From Pelagibacteraceae bacterium (GTDB taxonomy: Bacteria > Pseudomonadota > Alphaproteobacteria > HIMB59 > GCA-002718135): a stretch of DNA of 64,000 nucleotides. Position numbers and translations under genes: made by a program. Location: the NCBI GenBank assembly GCA_002717485.1, contig PBDW01000003.1, positions 5,315 through 69,314 on the forward strand, given 5' to 3'. Below, piece by piece: positions 46,768 to 60,080 of this stretch. The notes beneath the pieces are model-generated. The model made no database searches. It saw only the letters and a program-made list of their open reading frames with translations, and was not told the DNA's origin. Position 1 is the first letter of the stretch, and every line of letters starts with the position of its first letter.

Positions 46768-48843
46768 TTAAGCCAACTTTGCCTTTACTTCTTCTGCAAC
46801 ATTTGATGGAACTTCTTCATAATGTGCAAATTGCATTGTGTAATTTGCTCTACCCTGCGACAAAGATCTAAGATTATTAACATAACCGAACATATTTGCT
46901 AACGGGACTGTTGCATCAACAATGTTAGCATTACCTCTTGTCGTCATATTATGAACCTGGCCTCTTCTGCTATTTAAGTCCCCAATAACATCACCCATAT
47001 ATTCCTCTGGAGTTACCACCTCAACTTTCATTACTGGTTCTAAGAGGACTGGAGAAGCTTTAGCTATACCTTCTCTAAAAGCAGCACGTGCGGCTATTTC
47101 AAAAGCAAGAACACTTGAATCGACATCGTGAAATGCGCCATCGTGCAAAGTTGCTTTAAAATCAATTACAGGAAATCCTGCGATTACGCCTGTTTGCCTT
47201 TGTGCTTGAAGTCCCTTTTCTACTCCCGGTATATATTCTTTTGGAATATCCCCTCCAGTAATCTTATTTTCAAAAATAAAACCTTCTCCGGGCTTGCATG
47301 GTTCAAAGTTAATTTCTACTCTTGCAAATTGACCTGCGCCACCTGATTGTTTCTTATGTGTATAATCAACGTCATAAGAATTTGAAATTGTTTCTCTGTA
47401 CGCAACTTGTGGTGCACCTACGTTTGCTTCCACTTTAAACTCTCTTTTCATCCTATCAACAATAATTTCTAAGTGAAGCTCGCCCATACCCTTAATTATA
47501 GTTTGACCAGATTCTTCATCTGAGCTTACTCTAAAACTTGGGTCTTCTTGCGCAAGTCGACCAAGCGCAGTTCCCATTTTCTCATGATCAGCTTTAGTTT
47601 TTGGTTCAACAGCAACCTCAATGACCGGATCTGGGAAATCCATTTTTTCAAGTATTATTGGCTTCGATGCATCGCATAATGTTTCTCCAGTTGTTACATT
47701 TTTTAAACCTACAAGTGCAACGATATCGCCAGCATATGCCTCTTTAATCTCTTCCCTGTTATTGGCATGCATTAACAGCATTCTTCCTATATTTTCCTTA
47801 TTATCTTTTGTAGAATTTAAGACGCCATCCTTAGTTTTAACTGTACCTGAGTAGATTCTTGCAAATGTAAGGGTACCAACATATGGATCTGTCATTATTT
47901 TAAATGCCAGAGCACTGAATGGTTCTTCGTCCGAGCATTTTCTAAATATTTCACTACCTTTGTTAGTGTCATGGCCTTTTACACTATCAACATCCAATGG
48001 TGATGGTAAATAACTAATTATTGCATCTAAAAGGGGTTGCACTCCCTTATTTTTAAAAGCTGTTCCAGTCAGGACTGGAACAAACTTGCCTGCAATAGTG
48101 CCTTTTCTAATGCAACTTTTTATTTCATCAGTGCTGGGTTCTTTGCCATCCAAATATGATTCCATAATTGCGTCATCTTCTTCGACTACTTTTTCAATTA
48201 ATTTTTCTCTGTACTCTTTTGCTTGATCTTTTAATTCTTCAGGAATTTCGGATATTTCAAATTCTGCGCCGAGCGTTTCTTCTTTCCAGATTATTGACTG
48301 ATTAGCAACCAAATCAATTACCCCAACAAAATTACTTTCATTTCCAATTGGTAACTGTATTACTAGTGGATATGCGCCTAATCTATCCTTTATCATATCA
48401 ACTGTCATAAAAAAATTTGCGCCTGTACGATCTAATTTATTTACAAAACACATTCTAGGCACTCCATATTTATCAGCCTGTCGCCAAACTGTTTCGGATT
48501 GTGGTTCTACTCCAGCTACACCGTCAAAAACTGCTATAGCGCCATCTAAAACTTTTAATGATCTTTCAACCTCTATGGTAAAATCAACATGTCCTGGTGT
48601 ATCAATTATATTAACTCTATGGTCTTCCCAAAAACAAGTAGTTGCTGCTGACGTAATAGTAATTCCTCGCTCTTGCTCCTGCTCCATCCAATCCATTGTT
48701 GCAGCCCCATCGTGGACTTCGCCAATTTTGTGAGATTTTCCTGTATAATATAAAATTCTTTCTGTTGTAGTTGTCTTTCCGGCATCTATGTGAGCCATAA
48801 TCCCAATGTTTCGATATTTATTTAATGGATGAGATCTGGACAT
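46768..48843 (-). CDS. fusA: Elongation factor G
   Basis: 691 aa. [33 protein letters not shown]. Confidence 0.97.
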   Translation of the reverse strand: MSRSHPLNKYRNIGIMAHIDAGKTTTTERILYYTGKSHKIGEVHDGAATMDWMEQEQERGITITSAATTCFWEDHRVNIIDTPGHVDFTIEVERSLKVLDGAIAVFDGVAGVEPQSETVWRQADKYGVPRMCFVNKLDRTGANFFMTVDMIKDRLGAYPLVIQLPIGNESNFVGVIDLVANQSIIWKEETLGAEFEISEIPEELKDQAKEYREKLIEKVVEEDDAIMESYLDGKEPSTDEIKSCIRKGTIAGKFVPVLTGTAFKNKGVQPLLDAIISYLPSPLDVDSVKGHDTNKGSEIFRKCSDEEPFSALAFKIMTDPYVGTLTFARIYSGTVKTKDGVLNSTKDNKENIGRMLLMHANNREEIKEAYAGDIVALVGLKNVTTGETLCDASKPIILEKMDFPDPVIEVAVEPKTKADHEKMGTALGRLAQEDPSFRVSSDEESGQTIIKGMGELHLEIIVDRMKREFKVEANVGAPQVAYRETISNSYDVDYTHKKQSGGAGQFARVEINFEPCKPGEGFIFENKITGGDIPKEYIPGVEKGLQAQRQTGVIAGFPVIDFKATLHDGAFHDVDSSVLAFEIAARAAFREGIAKASPVLLEPVMKVEVVTPEEYMGDVIGDLNSRRGQVHNMTTRGNANIVDATVPLANMFGYVNNLRSLSQGRANYTMQFAHYEEVPSNVAEEVKAKLA

Positions 48844-48849
48844 AAAGAA

Positions 48850-49320
48850 TTACCATCTAAAATGTGAAAATGCTCTGTTCGCCTCAGCCATCTTGTGAGT
48901 TTCTTCTCTTTTTTTAACAGAACTACCTTTGCTGTTGTAAGCATCCATAAGCTCACCAGCTACTCTTTCTTTCATTGTGCTTTCACTTCTTTTTGTTGCG
49001 CTTTCAATAAGCCATTTCATTGCAAGTGCTTGAGCTCTTACTGGCCTAACTTCTACTGGAACTTGATAAGTAGCTCCGCCAACTCTTCTAGATCTAACTT
49101 CTAGGTTTGGGCGTATTTTATCTAATGCGTCATGAAAAAAGATAAGCGGATCGTTTTTAGTTTTCTTATTGATAATATCAAATGCACCATAAACAATTTT
49201 TTCAGCTGTTGATTTTTTCCCATTAAGCATAATTCTATTCATAAATTTCGTTATTATGACATCTTTAAATTTTGCATCAGGTAAAACGGATCTTTTTGTA
49301 GCTGCTCTTCTTCTAGACAT
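48850..49320 (-). CDS. rpsG: 30S ribosomal protein S7
   Basis: [10 protein letters not shown], ending NRAFSHFRW. Confidence 0.95.
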   Translation of the reverse strand: MSRRRAATKRSVLPDAKFKDVIITKFMNRIMLNGKKSTAEKIVYGAFDIINKKTKNDPLIFFHDALDKIRPNLEVRSRRVGGATYQVPVEVRPVRAQALAMKWLIESATKRSESTMKERVAGELMDAYNSKGSSVKKREETHKMAEANRAFSHFRW

Positions 49321-49326
49321 AATAAA

Positions 49327-49698
49327 TTACTTTGGTTTTTTAGCCCCATACAATGATCTTCTTTGCTTACGTGCTGAAACACCCTGACTATCAAGTGGGC
49401 CTCTAATTACATGATACCTGACACCTGGTAAGTCTTTGACTCTTCCCCCTCTGATAAGAACAACTGAGTGTTCTTGAAGGTTATGCCCCTCTCCCGGTAT
49501 ATAAGTTGATACTTCATGGCCATTTGTCAATCTTACACGAGCAACTTTTCTTAGAGCTGAGTTAGGTTTTTTTGGAGTTGTTGTATAAACTCTTGTGCAC
49601 ACACCTCTTTTTTGAGGAGAAGACTCCAGTGCGGGCACTTTGTTAATTCTAGGCACTTTCTTTCTGCCTTTTCTAACTAATTGGTTTACCGTAGGCAT
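49327..49698 (-). CDS. rpsL: 30S ribosomal protein S12
   Basis: [29 protein letters not shown]. Confidence 0.95.
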   Translation of the reverse strand: MPTVNQLVRKGRKKVPRINKVPALESSPQKRGVCTRVYTTTPKKPNSALRKVARVRLTNGHEVSTYIPGEGHNLQEHSVVLIRGGRVKDLPGVRYHVIRGPLDSQGVSARKQRRSLYGAKKPK

Positions 49699-49782
49699 AT
49701 TTCCTTAATTTGTTTTAATTTATTTAGCGTAATCTGCGTTTGAGTTGTCTTACTCACCACCAGACCCAATAAAAGTGCGACG

Positions 49783-49811
49783 TATATATGTATCCTATGA
49801 GGAAACGTCAA
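49783..49811 (-). promoter_or_regulatory. Candidate promoter of the str operon (rpsL-rpsG-fusA...)
   Basis: Minus strand reads TTGACG (49811..49806), 17-nt spacer, TATATA (49788..49783). Leaves a 5' UTR of about 80 nt before the rpsL ATG. Confidence 0.45.
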
Positions 49812-49871
49812 GGAAAATAAGCAATAAAGTGGCTGTTTTCTTTAAAATAGTGGCGATTTATCAGTCGAAAA

Positions 49872-52800
49872 TCAATTTTGACTGGATGGTTTTTCTTCTT
49901 CCTTCGCTTTTAATAAGGCTAAATGCTCCTTGTCTCTTTCTTTAGAAATTCTATTATATTCCATATTAGCTCTTCCAGTTCCTGCAGGTATCAATCTACC
50001 AACAATTATATTTTCTTTTAAACCTGCAAGCCTGTCTATTTTTCCATGAACAGCAGCATCTGTTAAAACTCTTGTCGTTTCTTGGAATGACGCAGCAGAA
50101 ATAAATGAATTTGTTTGAAGACTCGCTTTGGTTATTCCTAATAATATCGGTTCAACTTTTATTGTTTCTTTGTTTTGACTTTCAAGTTCTTCATTAATAT
50201 TATTTACTTGAATCTTATCTAATTGTTCTCCTGGAAGAAAAGAAGAGTCGCCAGGTTCAATGACCTCAACTTTCTGAAGCATCTGTCTTGCTATAACTTC
50301 AATATGTTTATCATTAATAACCACACCTTGAAGTCTATAAACATCTTGCACCTCTTTAACTAAATATCTTGCCAATTCTTCTACACCCATTAATCTTAAA
50401 ATATCATGGGGAACTAAAGTGCCTTCAACTATAATCTCTCCCTTTTTAACTATATCACCCTCCTGAACATTAAGATGCTTTCCCTTAGGAATTAAAATAA
50501 CCACCGATTTTTCAGGATCGTCAACCGGGGAAATAATTAATTTTCTTTTATTTTTATAATCTTTTCCAAAACTAATTTTGCCATCAATGTCACTCATAAT
50601 TGCCGGATCTTTAGGCTTTCTTGCTTCAAATAACTCAGCAACCCTGGGCAACCCACCTGTAATGTCTTTTGTTTTTGATGACTCTTTAGGAATTCTAGCA
50701 ATAACATTTCCTGGTTTTACGGAATCACCATCTTCATAACTTAAAATTACATCTATTGACATAAAGTATCTAGCCTCATTGCCATTTTCTAATTTTACAA
50801 CCTCATCGTTATTATTAACAATAGCTACTTGTGGTTTAAGGTCTTTAGATTTAGCAATTTGTCTCCAGTCACTAACAACTTTGTTTGAAAGACCTGTAGT
50901 TTCGTCAAAAACTTCTTTAACTGAAATGCCTTCTTCTAAGTCAATAAATTTAATCTTTCCAGCTTTTTCAGCTATTATAGGTACTGTATATGGATCCCAT
51001 TCTGCAAGAACTTGAAATTTTTCAACTTTATCTTTTTCTTTGATTTTTAATTTTGCCCCAAATGGCACCTTGTATTCTATTTTTATATTTCCACCGTCAT
51101 CAGATATTTTAATCTTTCCATTTCTAGAAACTATTATCGCTTGTTTTTCATCATTATAAATTAATCTTATGTTTTCAAATGATGCTAATCCACCTACACT
51201 ACTCTCTATTGAAGACTGTTCAACAGCTGCGCTTGCTGCACCTCCAATATGAAAGGTTCTCATTGTAAGCTGTGTGCCGGGTTCTCCTATGGATTGTGCC
51301 GCTATTATTCCTACTGCTTCTCCCATATTCACTGGAGTACCTCTAGCTAAATCTCTACCATAACATATTGAACAAACACCTTGCTTAGACTCACATGTTA
51401 AAACAGAACGAATTTTAAGACTTTTAAATTCTCTTTTAACTATTTTATCAATATGAGATTCATCGATAATTGTTCCTGATTTAACAATAACTTCTCCATT
51501 TAAATCGGCAATGTCTTCACAAGGACATCTTCCAAGTATCCTTTCTGCCAAAGATACTGTTTCGTTTCCAGAATCAAAAACTGATTCTGCAACAACTCCA
51601 TTGCTAGTTCCGCAATCAATTTCTTTAATTACTGCGTCTTGGGCCACATCAACTAATCTTCTTGTTAAGTATCCTGAACTAGCTGTTTTTAAAGCTGTAT
51701 CAGCTAACCCTTTTCTAGCACCGTGTGTTGAGGTAAAAAACTCAATTACTGATAAACCTTCTTTAAAATTTGATTTAATTGGATTTTCAATAATCTCGCC
51801 AGATGGTTTGGCCATTAAGCCTCGCATACCAGCCAATTGTTTTAATTGTGCTGCTGAACCTCTGGCTCCAGAATGAGCCATTATATAAACTGAGTTAAGC
51901 GGGTCGCCTTCTTTTGGATTTGCTATAGTTTCAAGCATTCTATCTGAAATATCATCTGTACATTCAGCCCATGCATCCACAACCTTATTATATTTCTCTC
52001 CCTGAGTAATTAATCCTTCTTGATATTGGTGTACATATTCTTGGACCTTCTTTTGGGTTTTATCAATTAAGGAATCTTTTTGAGCTGGTATTACTAAATC
52101 ATCTTTTCCAAAAGAAATTCCTGCCTTAGCAGCATATTTAAACCCTAGTGCCATAATACTATCTGCAAAAATCACTGTGTCTTTTTGTCCGCAAAATCGA
52201 TAGACTATATCTATAACGTTGCTTACTTCTCTTTTTGTCAAAACTTTATTTATTAAATCAAAATCCAAATTTTTATCCTCTGGAAACACGCTATGGAGTA
52301 TCATTCTTCCCGGTGTGGTATTTACTCTTATTAATTTATTTTCTTTATGTGAAAATACCCTCGTAATAATTTTTGCATGTAAGCTAATTTCTTTATTTTG
52401 CAGAGCTTTTTCTACTTCAGACAAATCCATAAATGCTCTACCCTCACCTCTTTCTCCATCTCTTTCAACTGATAAATAATATAACCCCAATACTATATCT
52501 TGTGAGGGAACAATTATTGGCTTTCCGCTAGAAGGTGAAAGAATATTGTTAGTACTCATCATCAACACTCTTGCTTCAAGTTGAGATTCTAGACTTAAAG
52601 GAACATGAACGGCCATTTGATCTCCATCAAAATCAGCATTAAAAGCTGTGCAAACTAGTGGATGTAAATTTATAGCCTTTCCCTCAATAAGAATAGGTTC
52701 AAAAGCCTGGATTCCTAACCTATGTAAGGTCGGGGCTCTGTTCAATAGAACTGGATGTTCTCTAATTACTTCTTCAAGAATATCCCATACCCTTGCGTCT

Positions 52801-54017
52801 TCCTTTTCTACCATTTTTTTTGCAGACTTTATTGTGCTGGCCCAACCATATATTTCTAATTTATGAAATATAAAGGGCTTAAATAATTCAAGCGCCATCC
52901 TTTTTGGGATACCGCACTGGTGAAGTTTTAAATTTGGTCCAACAACTATTACAGATCTACCAGAATAATCCACTCGTTTTCCTAACAAGTTTTGTCTAAA
53001 TCTTCCTTGTTTTCCTTTAAGCATATCCGCGAGTGATTTAAGAGGTCTTTTATTTGTAGCTGTTATAACTCTACCCCTTCTTCCATTGTCAAATAAAGCA
53101 TCAACGGACTCCTGAAGCATTCTTTTTTCATTTCTAATAATAATATCTGGAGCTCTAAGGTCTAACAATCTCTTTAATCTATTATTCCTATTAATAACTC
53201 TACGATAAAGATCATTTAAATCAGAAGTTGCGAATCGTCCACCATCCAGTGGTACAAGGGGTCTTAATTCTGGAGGAATGACTGGTAAAACTTTTAATAT
53301 CATCCATTCGGGTTTTGACTTTGATTGAATAAAGGCTTCAACCAATTTAAGTCTCTTAATTAACTTTTGTTTTTTTAATTCTGATTTAGAGTTTAAAAGT
53401 AAATCTTTTAATTTTATTTTTTCTTCAGGCATATCAATTGAAGCAAGCATACTCTGAATTGCTTCTGCACCAATTGAAGCAGAAAATGAATCTTCACCAT
53501 ACTTCTCTTGAAGTTCAACATACTCATCTTCAGTAATTAGTTGTCCTATTTTTAAGTCAGTAAGACCGGGCTCGGTAATAATAAACTGTTCAAAATAGAG
53601 AACTTTATCTAAACTTTTAAGAGTCATATCCAGTAACAATGCTATTCTACTTGGTAGAGATTTCATAAACCATATGTGAGAAACTGGACTTGCTAGTTCT
53701 ATATGGCCCATCCTATCTCTTCTAACCTTTGACAAAGTAACTTCAACACCACATTTTTCGCAAACAACTCCTCTAAATTTCATCCTTTTATATTTTCCGC
53801 ACAAGCATTCATAATCCTTAATCGGACCAAAGATTTTAGAACAAAACAGGCCATCTTTTTCAGGTTTAAAAGTTCTATAATTTATTGTTTCAGGTTTCTT
53901 GATTTCTCCAAATGACCATGATCTAATTTGATCAGGGTTTGCTATTGAAATTTTAATATAATCAAAACTTTTTATTCCCTGACTTTGCTTAAAAATATTT
54001 ACAAGCTGCTTGTTCAT
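49872..54017 (-). CDS. rpoC: DNA-directed RNA polymerase subunit beta'
   Basis: 1381 aa. Zinc motif [20 protein letters not shown], catalytic NADFDGDQM. Confidence 0.97.
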   Translation of the reverse strand: MNKQLVNIFKQSQGIKSFDYIKISIANPDQIRSWSFGEIKKPETINYRTFKPEKDGLFCSKIFGPIKDYECLCGKYKRMKFRGVVCEKCGVEVTLSKVRRDRMGHIELASPVSHIWFMKSLPSRIALLLDMTLKSLDKVLYFEQFIITEPGLTDLKIGQLITEDEYVELQEKYGEDSFSASIGAEAIQSMLASIDMPEEKIKLKDLLLNSKSELKKQKLIKRLKLVEAFIQSKSKPEWMILKVLPVIPPELRPLVPLDGGRFATSDLNDLYRRVINRNNRLKRLLDLRAPDIIIRNEKRMLQESVDALFDNGRRGRVITATNKRPLKSLADMLKGKQGRFRQNLLGKRVDYSGRSVIVVGPNLKLHQCGIPKRMALELFKPFIFHKLEIYGWASTIKSAKKMVEKEDARVWDILEEVIREHPVLLNRAPTLHRLGIQAFEPILIEGKAINLHPLVCTAFNADFDGDQMAVHVPLSLESQLEARVLMMSTNNILSPSSGKPIIVPSQDIVLGLYYLSVERDGERGEGRAFMDLSEVEKALQNKEISLHAKIITRVFSHKENKLIRVNTTPGRMILHSVFPEDKNLDFDLINKVLTKREVSNVIDIVYRFCGQKDTVIFADSIMALGFKYAAKAGISFGKDDLVIPAQKDSLIDKTQKKVQEYVHQYQEGLITQGEKYNKVVDAWAECTDDISDRMLETIANPKEGDPLNSVYIMAHSGARGSAAQLKQLAGMRGLMAKPSGEIIENPIKSNFKEGLSVIEFFTSTHGARKGLADTALKTASSGYLTRRLVDVAQDAVIKEIDCGTSNGVVAESVFDSGNETVSLAERILGRCPCEDIADLNGEVIVKSGTIIDESHIDKIVKREFKSLKIRSVLTCESKQGVCSICYGRDLARGTPVNMGEAVGIIAAQSIGEPGTQLTMRTFHIGGAASAAVEQSSIESSVGGLASFENIRLIYNDEKQAIIVSRNGKIKISDDGGNIKIEYKVPFGAKLKIKEKDKVEKFQVLAEWDPYTVPIIAEKAGKIKFIDLEEGISVKEVFDETTGLSNKVVSDWRQIAKSKDLKPQVAIVNNNDEVVKLENGNEARYFMSIDVILSYEDGDSVKPGNVIARIPKESSKTKDITGGLPRVAELFEARKPKDPAIMSDIDGKISFGKDYKNKRKLIISPVDDPEKSVVILIPKGKHLNVQEGDIVKKGEIIVEGTLVPHDILRLMGVEELARYLVKEVQDVYRLQGVVINDKHIEVIARQMLQKVEVIEPGDSSFLPGEQLDKIQVNNINEELESQNKETIKVEPILLGITKASLQTNSFISAASFQETTRVLTDAAVHGKIDRLAGLKENIIVGRLIPAGTGRANMEYNRISKERDKEHLALLKAKEEEKPSSQN

Positions 54018-57000
54018 TCTGCACCCCTTAAATCTTCTACCTGTTCATCTTCTGTAGATTTCATATCAATATTTAATCCAAGTGATTTTAATTCTTTTAC
54101 CATAACATTAAATGATTCTGGTATCCCTGACTCAAAATTTTGATCTCCTTTTATTATTGATTCATAAACTTTAGTTCTACCAGCAACATCATCCGATTTG
54201 ATTGTCAGCATTTCTTGTAAAATATGTGATGCGCCGTATGCTTCCAATGCCCATACTTCCATTTCTCCGAACCTTTGTCCACCGAACTGCGCTTTTCCAC
54301 CTAATGGTTGTTGTGTTACCAAGCTATATGGTCCGATTGATCTAGCATGTATTTTTTCATCTACAAGATGATGGAGTTTAAGCATATATATATAACCAAC
54401 TGTAACTGGTCTTTCGAATTTTTCACCGGTTATCCCGTCATACAAAATCTCTTGACCTGATTCGTTTAACCCTGATTTTTTTAACATTTCAGTGATATTT
54501 TCTTCCTTGGCCCCATCAAAAACAGGCGTGGAAATAGGCAAGCCGTTTTTAAGATTTTTTGACAATTCAATAAGATCATCGTCGTTTAAATTTTTAACTA
54601 TATTTTTTTGCTTATCGTCATCCAAAAATTCTAAAATATTTTTCTTAAGTTTTGAAGATTCTCCTTCAATATGCATAATTTTTAACATATCACTTATTTG
54701 CTTACCAATTGCCGCTGATGCCCAACCTAAATGTGTCTCAAAGATTTGTCCTATATTCATTCTACTTGGAACACCAAGAGGGTTAAGAAGTATGTCAACA
54801 GGAGTTCCGTCGCTGAGCATTGGCATATCTTCTATTGGTGCTATTTTTGATATGACACCTTTATTTCCATGCCTACCTGCCATTTTATCACCAGGTTGGA
54901 GCTTTCTTTTAACTGCAACAAAGACTTTAATCATTTTTAAAACTCCTGGTAATAGCTCATCACCACTTTGAATTTTATCAACCTTAGCTTCAAATTTTTG
55001 ATTAATATTGCCTAAAAAATTATTAAATTCTTTTGTAAGTTCATCTATCTCTTTGCGAATATTATCTTTTTTAACATTAATTTTTAAGAGATCTTCCTTG
55101 GTTAATTGCTCCAAATCTTCATGCTTGAGTTTTTGATTTGTAGTAAAATTTTTATTACCAGATTCATAAATTTCATCTATAAACAAATCTTTTAGTTGAT
55201 TAGAAAAAGTTTTTTCAATAATACTAATTTCATCATCCCTGTCCTGCGCCAATCTTTCGATTTGTGCTCTTTCAATTGACAATGATCTTTCGTCTTTATC
55301 TATACCTCTTCTAGAAAAAACCCTAATTTCTACAACAGTACCATTTACGCCTGGAGGAACTTTTAAACTTGTATCTTTAACGTCTAATGCCTTTTCTCCA
55401 AATATTGATCTTAAAAGTTTTTCTTCTGGTGTCATAGGGGTCTCACCTTTCGGTGTTACTTTTCCTACTAATATATCTCCGGACTTTATTTCTGCTCCAA
55501 TATATATCATACCAGTTTCATCCAAGTTTCTAAGACTGTCCTCGCTAGCATTAGGAATATCCCTAGTTATTTCTTCGGGACCTAATTTAGTATCTCTGGC
55601 CATAACTTCAAATTCCTCAACATGAATTGAAGAAAAGACATCATCTCTAACTATTCTTTCAGAAATAATTATGGAATCCTCAAAATTATAACCATTCCAG
55701 GGCATAAAACCTACCAATACGTTTCTACCTAGAGCCAGTTCTCCTAAGTCAGTAGCAGGACCGTCAGCAATTACGTCACCTTTATTAACAAATTCACCTA
55801 CATTAACTAAAGGTTTTTGATTGATACATGTATTTTGATTTGATCTTTGATATTTTAATAAATTGTAAATATCTACTCTTGAAGTATTAGAATTGCTCTT
55901 TTCATTTACCCTTATTACTATTCTGTTTGCATCAACTTGATCAACATATCCAGATCTATGGGCAATAACAGTAGAGCCGCTATCTTGTGCAACAATTTTT
56001 TCCATACCCGTTCCAACTAATGGAGCCTCAGGCTTTATCAGCGGTACAGCTTGTCTCATCATATTTGAACCCATTAAGGCTCTATTAGCATCATCATTTT
56101 CTAAAAAAGGTATCATTGAAGATGCCACTGAGACTAACTGCTGAGGAGAAACGTCCATTAAATCAATAGAATCCATATCAGTAAGTATGAAGTCACCGTT
56201 CTTCCTGCAACTAACTAATTCATTTATAAATTTATCATTTGCATCTATAGGTTCATTAGCTTGCGCAATTACATAATCTTCTTCTTCAATAGCACTTAAA
56301 TACAAAACTTTATTTGTTACCTTTGCATTTTTCACTATTCTATAGGGCGTTTCTATAAAGCCGTACTGGTTAATTCTTGAGTATGAGGCTAGGCTATTAA
56401 TTAAACCAATGTTTGGTCCTTCAGGTGTTTCAACTGGGCAAATCCTTCCATAATGAGTTTGATGAACATCTCTAACTTCAAATCCTGCCCTTTCCCTGCT
56501 TAGTCCACCCGGACCTAGAGCTGAAACTCTTCTTTTATGTGTAATTTCACTCAATGGATTAGTTTGATCCATGAACTGACTTAATTGGCTAGTTCCAAAA
56601 AACTCTTTTATTGAGGCTGCAACTGTTTTTGCGACTATTATATCTTGAGGCATAATTGTATCTACTTCTAAAGAACTCATTCTTTCTTTAATAGCCCTTT
56701 CCATACGAAGTAATCCAATTCTAAATTGATTTTCGAGAAGCTCTCCCACCGATCTAACCCTTCTATTACCTAGATGGTCAATATCATCAACTTCACCTCT
56801 GCCATCTCTTAAGTCAAGTAATACTCTTATGATTTCTAAAATATCCTGTTTTCTTAATACTCTTTCATCTGTATTAGAATCTATTTTTAATCTAGAATTA
56901 ATCTTTACCCTACCAACTGATGATATATCATACCTGTCATTTTGGAAAAAAAGTTTATTAAATAATATTTCAGCTGTTTCTAAAGTTGGAGGTTCGCCGG

Positions 57001-58213
57001 GTCTTAATATTTTATATATCTCAAATAAAGACTCCTCCCTTGATCGTGATTTATCAAGTACAAGTGTGTTTCTTAAGTAAGGACCTACTTCAACATTATC
57101 AATAAGTAGTGTTGAAAGAACAGTAATATTTTTATCTTTAAAATATGCGAAATGTTCTTGGGTTATTTCTGTACCTGCCTCAACATATATCTGCCCAGTT
57201 TTTTCATTAACAATATCTTCGCTTATAAACATCCCGACCAAAGATTCATTAGTTACGCTTACTTCTTTAATTTTTTTTGCTTGAAGTTCCTTAACAATTC
57301 TTCCTGTTAATTTTGAAGCTTTTTTTATTATAATTCTACCTGTTTTACTATTAACTATATCAAAAGGTATAACTTTGCCTTGATAAAACTCATAATTGAA
57401 ATTGAAGTTCCATCCATATTTATTTTGATTAAATTTTACTGATTTATAATAATAATTAAGTATTTCCTCACCACTCATACCTTGAATTTTGTTAGAATCT
57501 GGAATAGTTTTATTTTTTTTACATTCTTCTAAATACTTTTCAGACTCTTTGCTTGGCAAACATTGTAAAAAGGTTGTAATATGAAATTTTCTTTTACGAT
57601 CTATTCTAGAAAATAAAAGATCTTTAGCATCAAATTCAAAATCTAACCAGGAACCTCTATAGGGAATTACCCTTGAAGAAAATAAATATTTCCCACTGAT
57701 ATGAGATTTTCCTGAGTCATGATCAAAAAATACTCCGGGTGACCTATGCATTTGACTCACCACAACTCTTTCAACGCCATTAATAATGAATGTTCCATTT
57801 TTTGTCATTAATGGAATATCACACATATAAACTTCTTGTTCCTTAATATCCCTTACAGATTTTGTTCCAAGTTCTTCATTAAGATCCCATACAGTTAACC
57901 TGAATGTCGCCTTTAATGGTACTCCAAATGTCATACCCCTATGAGAACATTCAGTTACATCATATTTGGGCTGTCCAAAATCATATGAGATATAATCAAC
58001 TGTAGCTCTTTCCGTATAATCATTTACTGGAAATACAGTTTTAAAAACATCATGAAGTCCATGGTCTAGACGCTCTGTTGGCTCAACTCCTAATTGAAGG
58101 AAGTTATCAAAAGATCTTTTTTGAACTTCAATAAGGTTTGGTAATGTAGTTACATTTTTAATTTTACCGAAAGATCTTCTTATTCTTTTTTTATCTACAA
58201 TTGATGGTTCCAT
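54014..58213 (-). CDS. rpoB: DNA-directed RNA polymerase subunit beta
   Basis: 1399 aa. Rif-region [34 protein letters not shown], plus GRHGNKGV. Its TGA stop overlaps the rpoC ATG (ATGA). Confidence 0.97.
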   Translation of the reverse strand: MEPSIVDKKRIRRSFGKIKNVTTLPNLIEVQKRSFDNFLQLGVEPTERLDHGLHDVFKTVFPVNDYTERATVDYISYDFGQPKYDVTECSHRGMTFGVPLKATFRLTVWDLNEELGTKSVRDIKEQEVYMCDIPLMTKNGTFIINGVERVVVSQMHRSPGVFFDHDSGKSHISGKYLFSSRVIPYRGSWLDFEFDAKDLLFSRIDRKRKFHITTFLQCLPSKESEKYLEECKKNKTIPDSNKIQGMSGEEILNYYYKSVKFNQNKYGWNFNFNYEFYQGKVIPFDIVNSKTGRIIIKKASKLTGRIVKELQAKKIKEVSVTNESLVGMFISEDIVNEKTGQIYVEAGTEITQEHFAYFKDKNITVLSTLLIDNVEVGPYLRNTLVLDKSRSREESLFEIYKILRPGEPPTLETAEILFNKLFFQNDRYDISSVGRVKINSRLKIDSNTDERVLRKQDILEIIRVLLDLRDGRGEVDDIDHLGNRRVRSVGELLENQFRIGLLRMERAIKERMSSLEVDTIMPQDIIVAKTVAASIKEFFGTSQLSQFMDQTNPLSEITHKRRVSALGPGGLSRERAGFEVRDVHQTHYGRICPVETPEGPNIGLINSLASYSRINQYGFIETPYRIVKNAKVTNKVLYLSAIEEEDYVIAQANEPIDANDKFINELVSCRKNGDFILTDMDSIDLMDVSPQQLVSVASSMIPFLENDDANRALMGSNMMRQAVPLIKPEAPLVGTGMEKIVAQDSGSTVIAHRSGYVDQVDANRIVIRVNEKSNSNTSRVDIYNLLKYQRSNQNTCINQKPLVNVGEFVNKGDVIADGPATDLGELALGRNVLVGFMPWNGYNFEDSIIISERIVRDDVFSSIHVEEFEVMARDTKLGPEEITRDIPNASEDSLRNLDETGMIYIGAEIKSGDILVGKVTPKGETPMTPEEKLLRSIFGEKALDVKDTSLKVPPGVNGTVVEIRVFSRRGIDKDERSLSIERAQIERLAQDRDDEISIIEKTFSNQLKDLFIDEIYESGNKNFTTNQKLKHEDLEQLTKEDLLKINVKKDNIRKEIDELTKEFNNFLGNINQKFEAKVDKIQSGDELLPGVLKMIKVFVAVKRKLQPGDKMAGRHGNKGVISKIAPIEDMPMLSDGTPVDILLNPLGVPSRMNIGQIFETHLGWASAAIGKQISDMLKIMHIEGESSKLKKNILEFLDDDKQKNIVKNLNDDDLIELSKNLKNGLPISTPVFDGAKEENITEMLKKSGLNESGQEILYDGITGEKFERPVTVGYIYMLKLHHLVDEKIHARSIGPYSLVTQQPLGGKAQFGGQRFGEMEVWALEAYGASHILQEMLTIKSDDVAGRTKVYESIIKGDQNFESGIPESFNVMVKELKSLGLNIDMKSTEDEQVEDLRGAE

Positions 58214-58239
58214 TTTTAACTAATACCAATTTTAATACA

Positions 58240-58263
58240 TTGCCCCTAAATACATAGGGGCAA
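58240..58263 (-). promoter_or_regulatory. Hairpin in the rplL-rpoB spacer (candidate attenuator / processing site)
   Basis: 9-bp stem TTGCCCCTA / TAGGGGCAA with a 6-nt loop. Lies 5 nt after the rplL stop and 26 nt before the rpoB ATG. No clean U-run follows. Confidence 0.5.
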
Positions 58264-58268
58264 CAAGT

Positions 58269-58643
58269 TTATTTTAATTCTACTTTTGCGCCCGCTGCTT
58301 CCAGCTTAGATTTTATTTCTTCTGCTTCTGCCTTAGGCACTCCCTGCTTTAAAGGTTTTGGCGCGCCTTCAACTAAATCTTTCGCTTCCTTTAACCCTAA
58401 AGCTGTAACTGTTCTAACTTCCTTGATCACAGCAATCTTATTTCCTCCAGCTTCTGAAAGAATAATATCGAAATCTGTTTTTTCATCTTTTGCTGCTTCA
58501 CCAGCTGCCGCAGGTGCTGCTGCAGCTGCAACAGGAACTGCTGCTGTAACTCCCCACTTTTCTTCAAGCAGTTTGCTTAGTTCCGCAGCCTCAGTAACAG
58601 ACAAAGAAGATAATTGATCAACTATTTTTTCTAAATCAGCCAT
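58269..58643 (-). CDS. rplL: 50S ribosomal protein L7/L12
   Basis: The track start (58670) is a TTG. ATG at 58643 gives [14 protein letters not shown], preceded by AAGGAG. Ala/Pro hinge and C-terminus KVELK. Confidence 0.95.
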   Translation of the reverse strand: MADLEKIVDQLSSLSVTEAAELSKLLEEKWGVTAAVPVAAAAAPAAAGEAAKDEKTDFDIILSEAGGNKIAVIKEVRTVTALGLKEAKDLVEGAPKPLKQGVPKAEAEEIKSKLEAAGAKVELK

Positions 58644-58678
58644 ATACTTCTCCTTAATTTTAATTCCCAAATCGCTAA

Positions 58679-59191
58679 TTAGGCAGTTTTATTTCCAAAA
58701 GCATTAATAATTCTTGCAAGGTTGCCACCAGGAGCCTGAATAGTTTGGACTATTTTTGATGCAGGCGAGTTAATAATACTAATTAATTGTGACTTTAGCT
58801 CATCTAATGATGGTAAAGTTGCTAAATAATTAATTTTTTCTTTATCAACTAACTTGCCCTCAAACGATCCTCCTACTATCTTCAGCTTATTATTATCTTT
58901 TGAAAAATCTACTGCTATCTTAGCTGCTTTAATTGAATCTTCTGAGAAGGCAATCGCAGTTGGACCTTTAAACAATTCTTTAACGTCTTCAAAGGATGTC
59001 CCTGGCAGTGCTAGTTTTGCAAGTCTATTTTTTGCTACCTTAAACTTTACACCTTCTTTTCTCATTTTTGAGCGCAAATCTTCCATTTCAGTAACTTTTA
59101 AACCTAAATTATGAACAACAACCAATAAATTTGAATTGTTAAGATCAGTATTTAAAGATGAAACAAAATTTTCTTTTTCGCTACGTTTCAA
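58679..59191 (-). CDS. rplJ: 50S ribosomal protein L10
   Basis: 170 aa. Positioned between rplA and rplL. TTG start (59191..59189) with GGAG 6 nt upstream. Confidence 0.93.
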   Translation of the reverse strand: MKRSEKENFVSSLNTDLNNSNLLVVVHNLGLKVTEMEDLRSKMRKEGVKFKVAKNRLAKLALPGTSFEDVKELFKGPTAIAFSEDSIKAAKIAVDFSKDNNKLKIVGGSFEGKLVDKEKINYLATLPSLDELKSQLISIINSPASKIVQTIQAPGGNLARIINAFGNKTA

Positions 59192-59378
59192 TTTTAACTC
59201 CAGCTATATATTGGGTTTCCCCGGTTATTAATGTTATAAGACTCATTCTTTTAACACTAGTGTCCAACAGAACACAACCTATTGGCTGATCCTGTCTATG
59301 TAGGAAATTTAAGTCAACAAACCTTGACACCTACAGTCTCGGACAAATCAGAAAAAAACCCTGATTTAAATTAGAAAC
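59192..59378 (-). promoter_or_regulatory. Candidate structured rplJ (L10) leader
   Basis: 187-nt spacer, the largest non-coding stretch in the window. It contains nested inverted repeats (TGTAGG..CCTACA around GTCAA..TTGAC, about 59299-59335) and AAATCAG-N9-CTGATTT (59345-59367). Confidence 0.4.
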
Positions 59379-60077
59379 CTAGCTCTTTTGCAACTTTGCA
59401 AAATCAAGCTTGATTCCTATTCCCATAGTTGACGCTATGGTAACTCCTTTAACAAAAGTACCCTTTAAAGTAGAGGGTTTATTTTTTAATACCGTTTCAA
59501 AAAAAACCTTTACATTTTCTGCAAGCTTGGTTTTTTCGAAGCTAATCTTTCCGATTCCAGCATGAACCGTTCCGCCTTTATCATTTTTAAATTGTATCTG
59601 ACCTTGCTTGGAATCTTTGACAGCTTTTGCAACATCTAAAGTTACAGTTCCAAGTTTAGGGTTTGGCATCAGGCCCTTAGGTCCAAGAACCTTTCCGAGC
59701 TTTCCTACTTCAACCATCATATCTGGTGTGGCAATCAATCTATCAAAGTCAATATTTCCTTTTTCTATAGATTTTAATAAATCTGTATCTCCAACTAAAT
59801 CTGCATTGGATGATTTTGCTTCTTCAGCCTTTTGTCCTTTTGCAATAACAGCAACTTTAATTTTTTTTCCCGAACCATGAGGTAAAAATGCAACACCTCT
59901 AACTGATTGTTCTGATTTGCCTGGATTTAAAGCTAAATTAACTGATATGTCCAATGTCTCATCAAAATTAGCTTTTGAATTATTTTTAATTATATCAATT
60001 GCATCATCTAAAGCATATATTTTTTCAATATCAAAATTATTTAATATATCTTTTCTTTTTTTGGTTAATTTTTTCAT
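59379..60077 (-). CDS. rplA: 50S ribosomal protein L1
   Basis: 232 aa. FDETLDISVNL, PDMMVEVGKLGKVLGPKGLMPNPK. Confidence 0.95.
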   Translation of the reverse strand: MKKLTKKRKDILNNFDIEKIYALDDAIDIIKNNSKANFDETLDISVNLALNPGKSEQSVRGVAFLPHGSGKKIKVAVIAKGQKAEEAKSSNADLVGDTDLLKSIEKGNIDFDRLIATPDMMVEVGKLGKVLGPKGLMPNPKLGTVTLDVAKAVKDSKQGQIQFKNDKGGTVHAGIGKISFEKTKLAENVKVFFETVLKNKPSTLKGTFVKGVTIASTMGIGIKLDFAKLQKS

Positions 60078-60080
60078 TAT

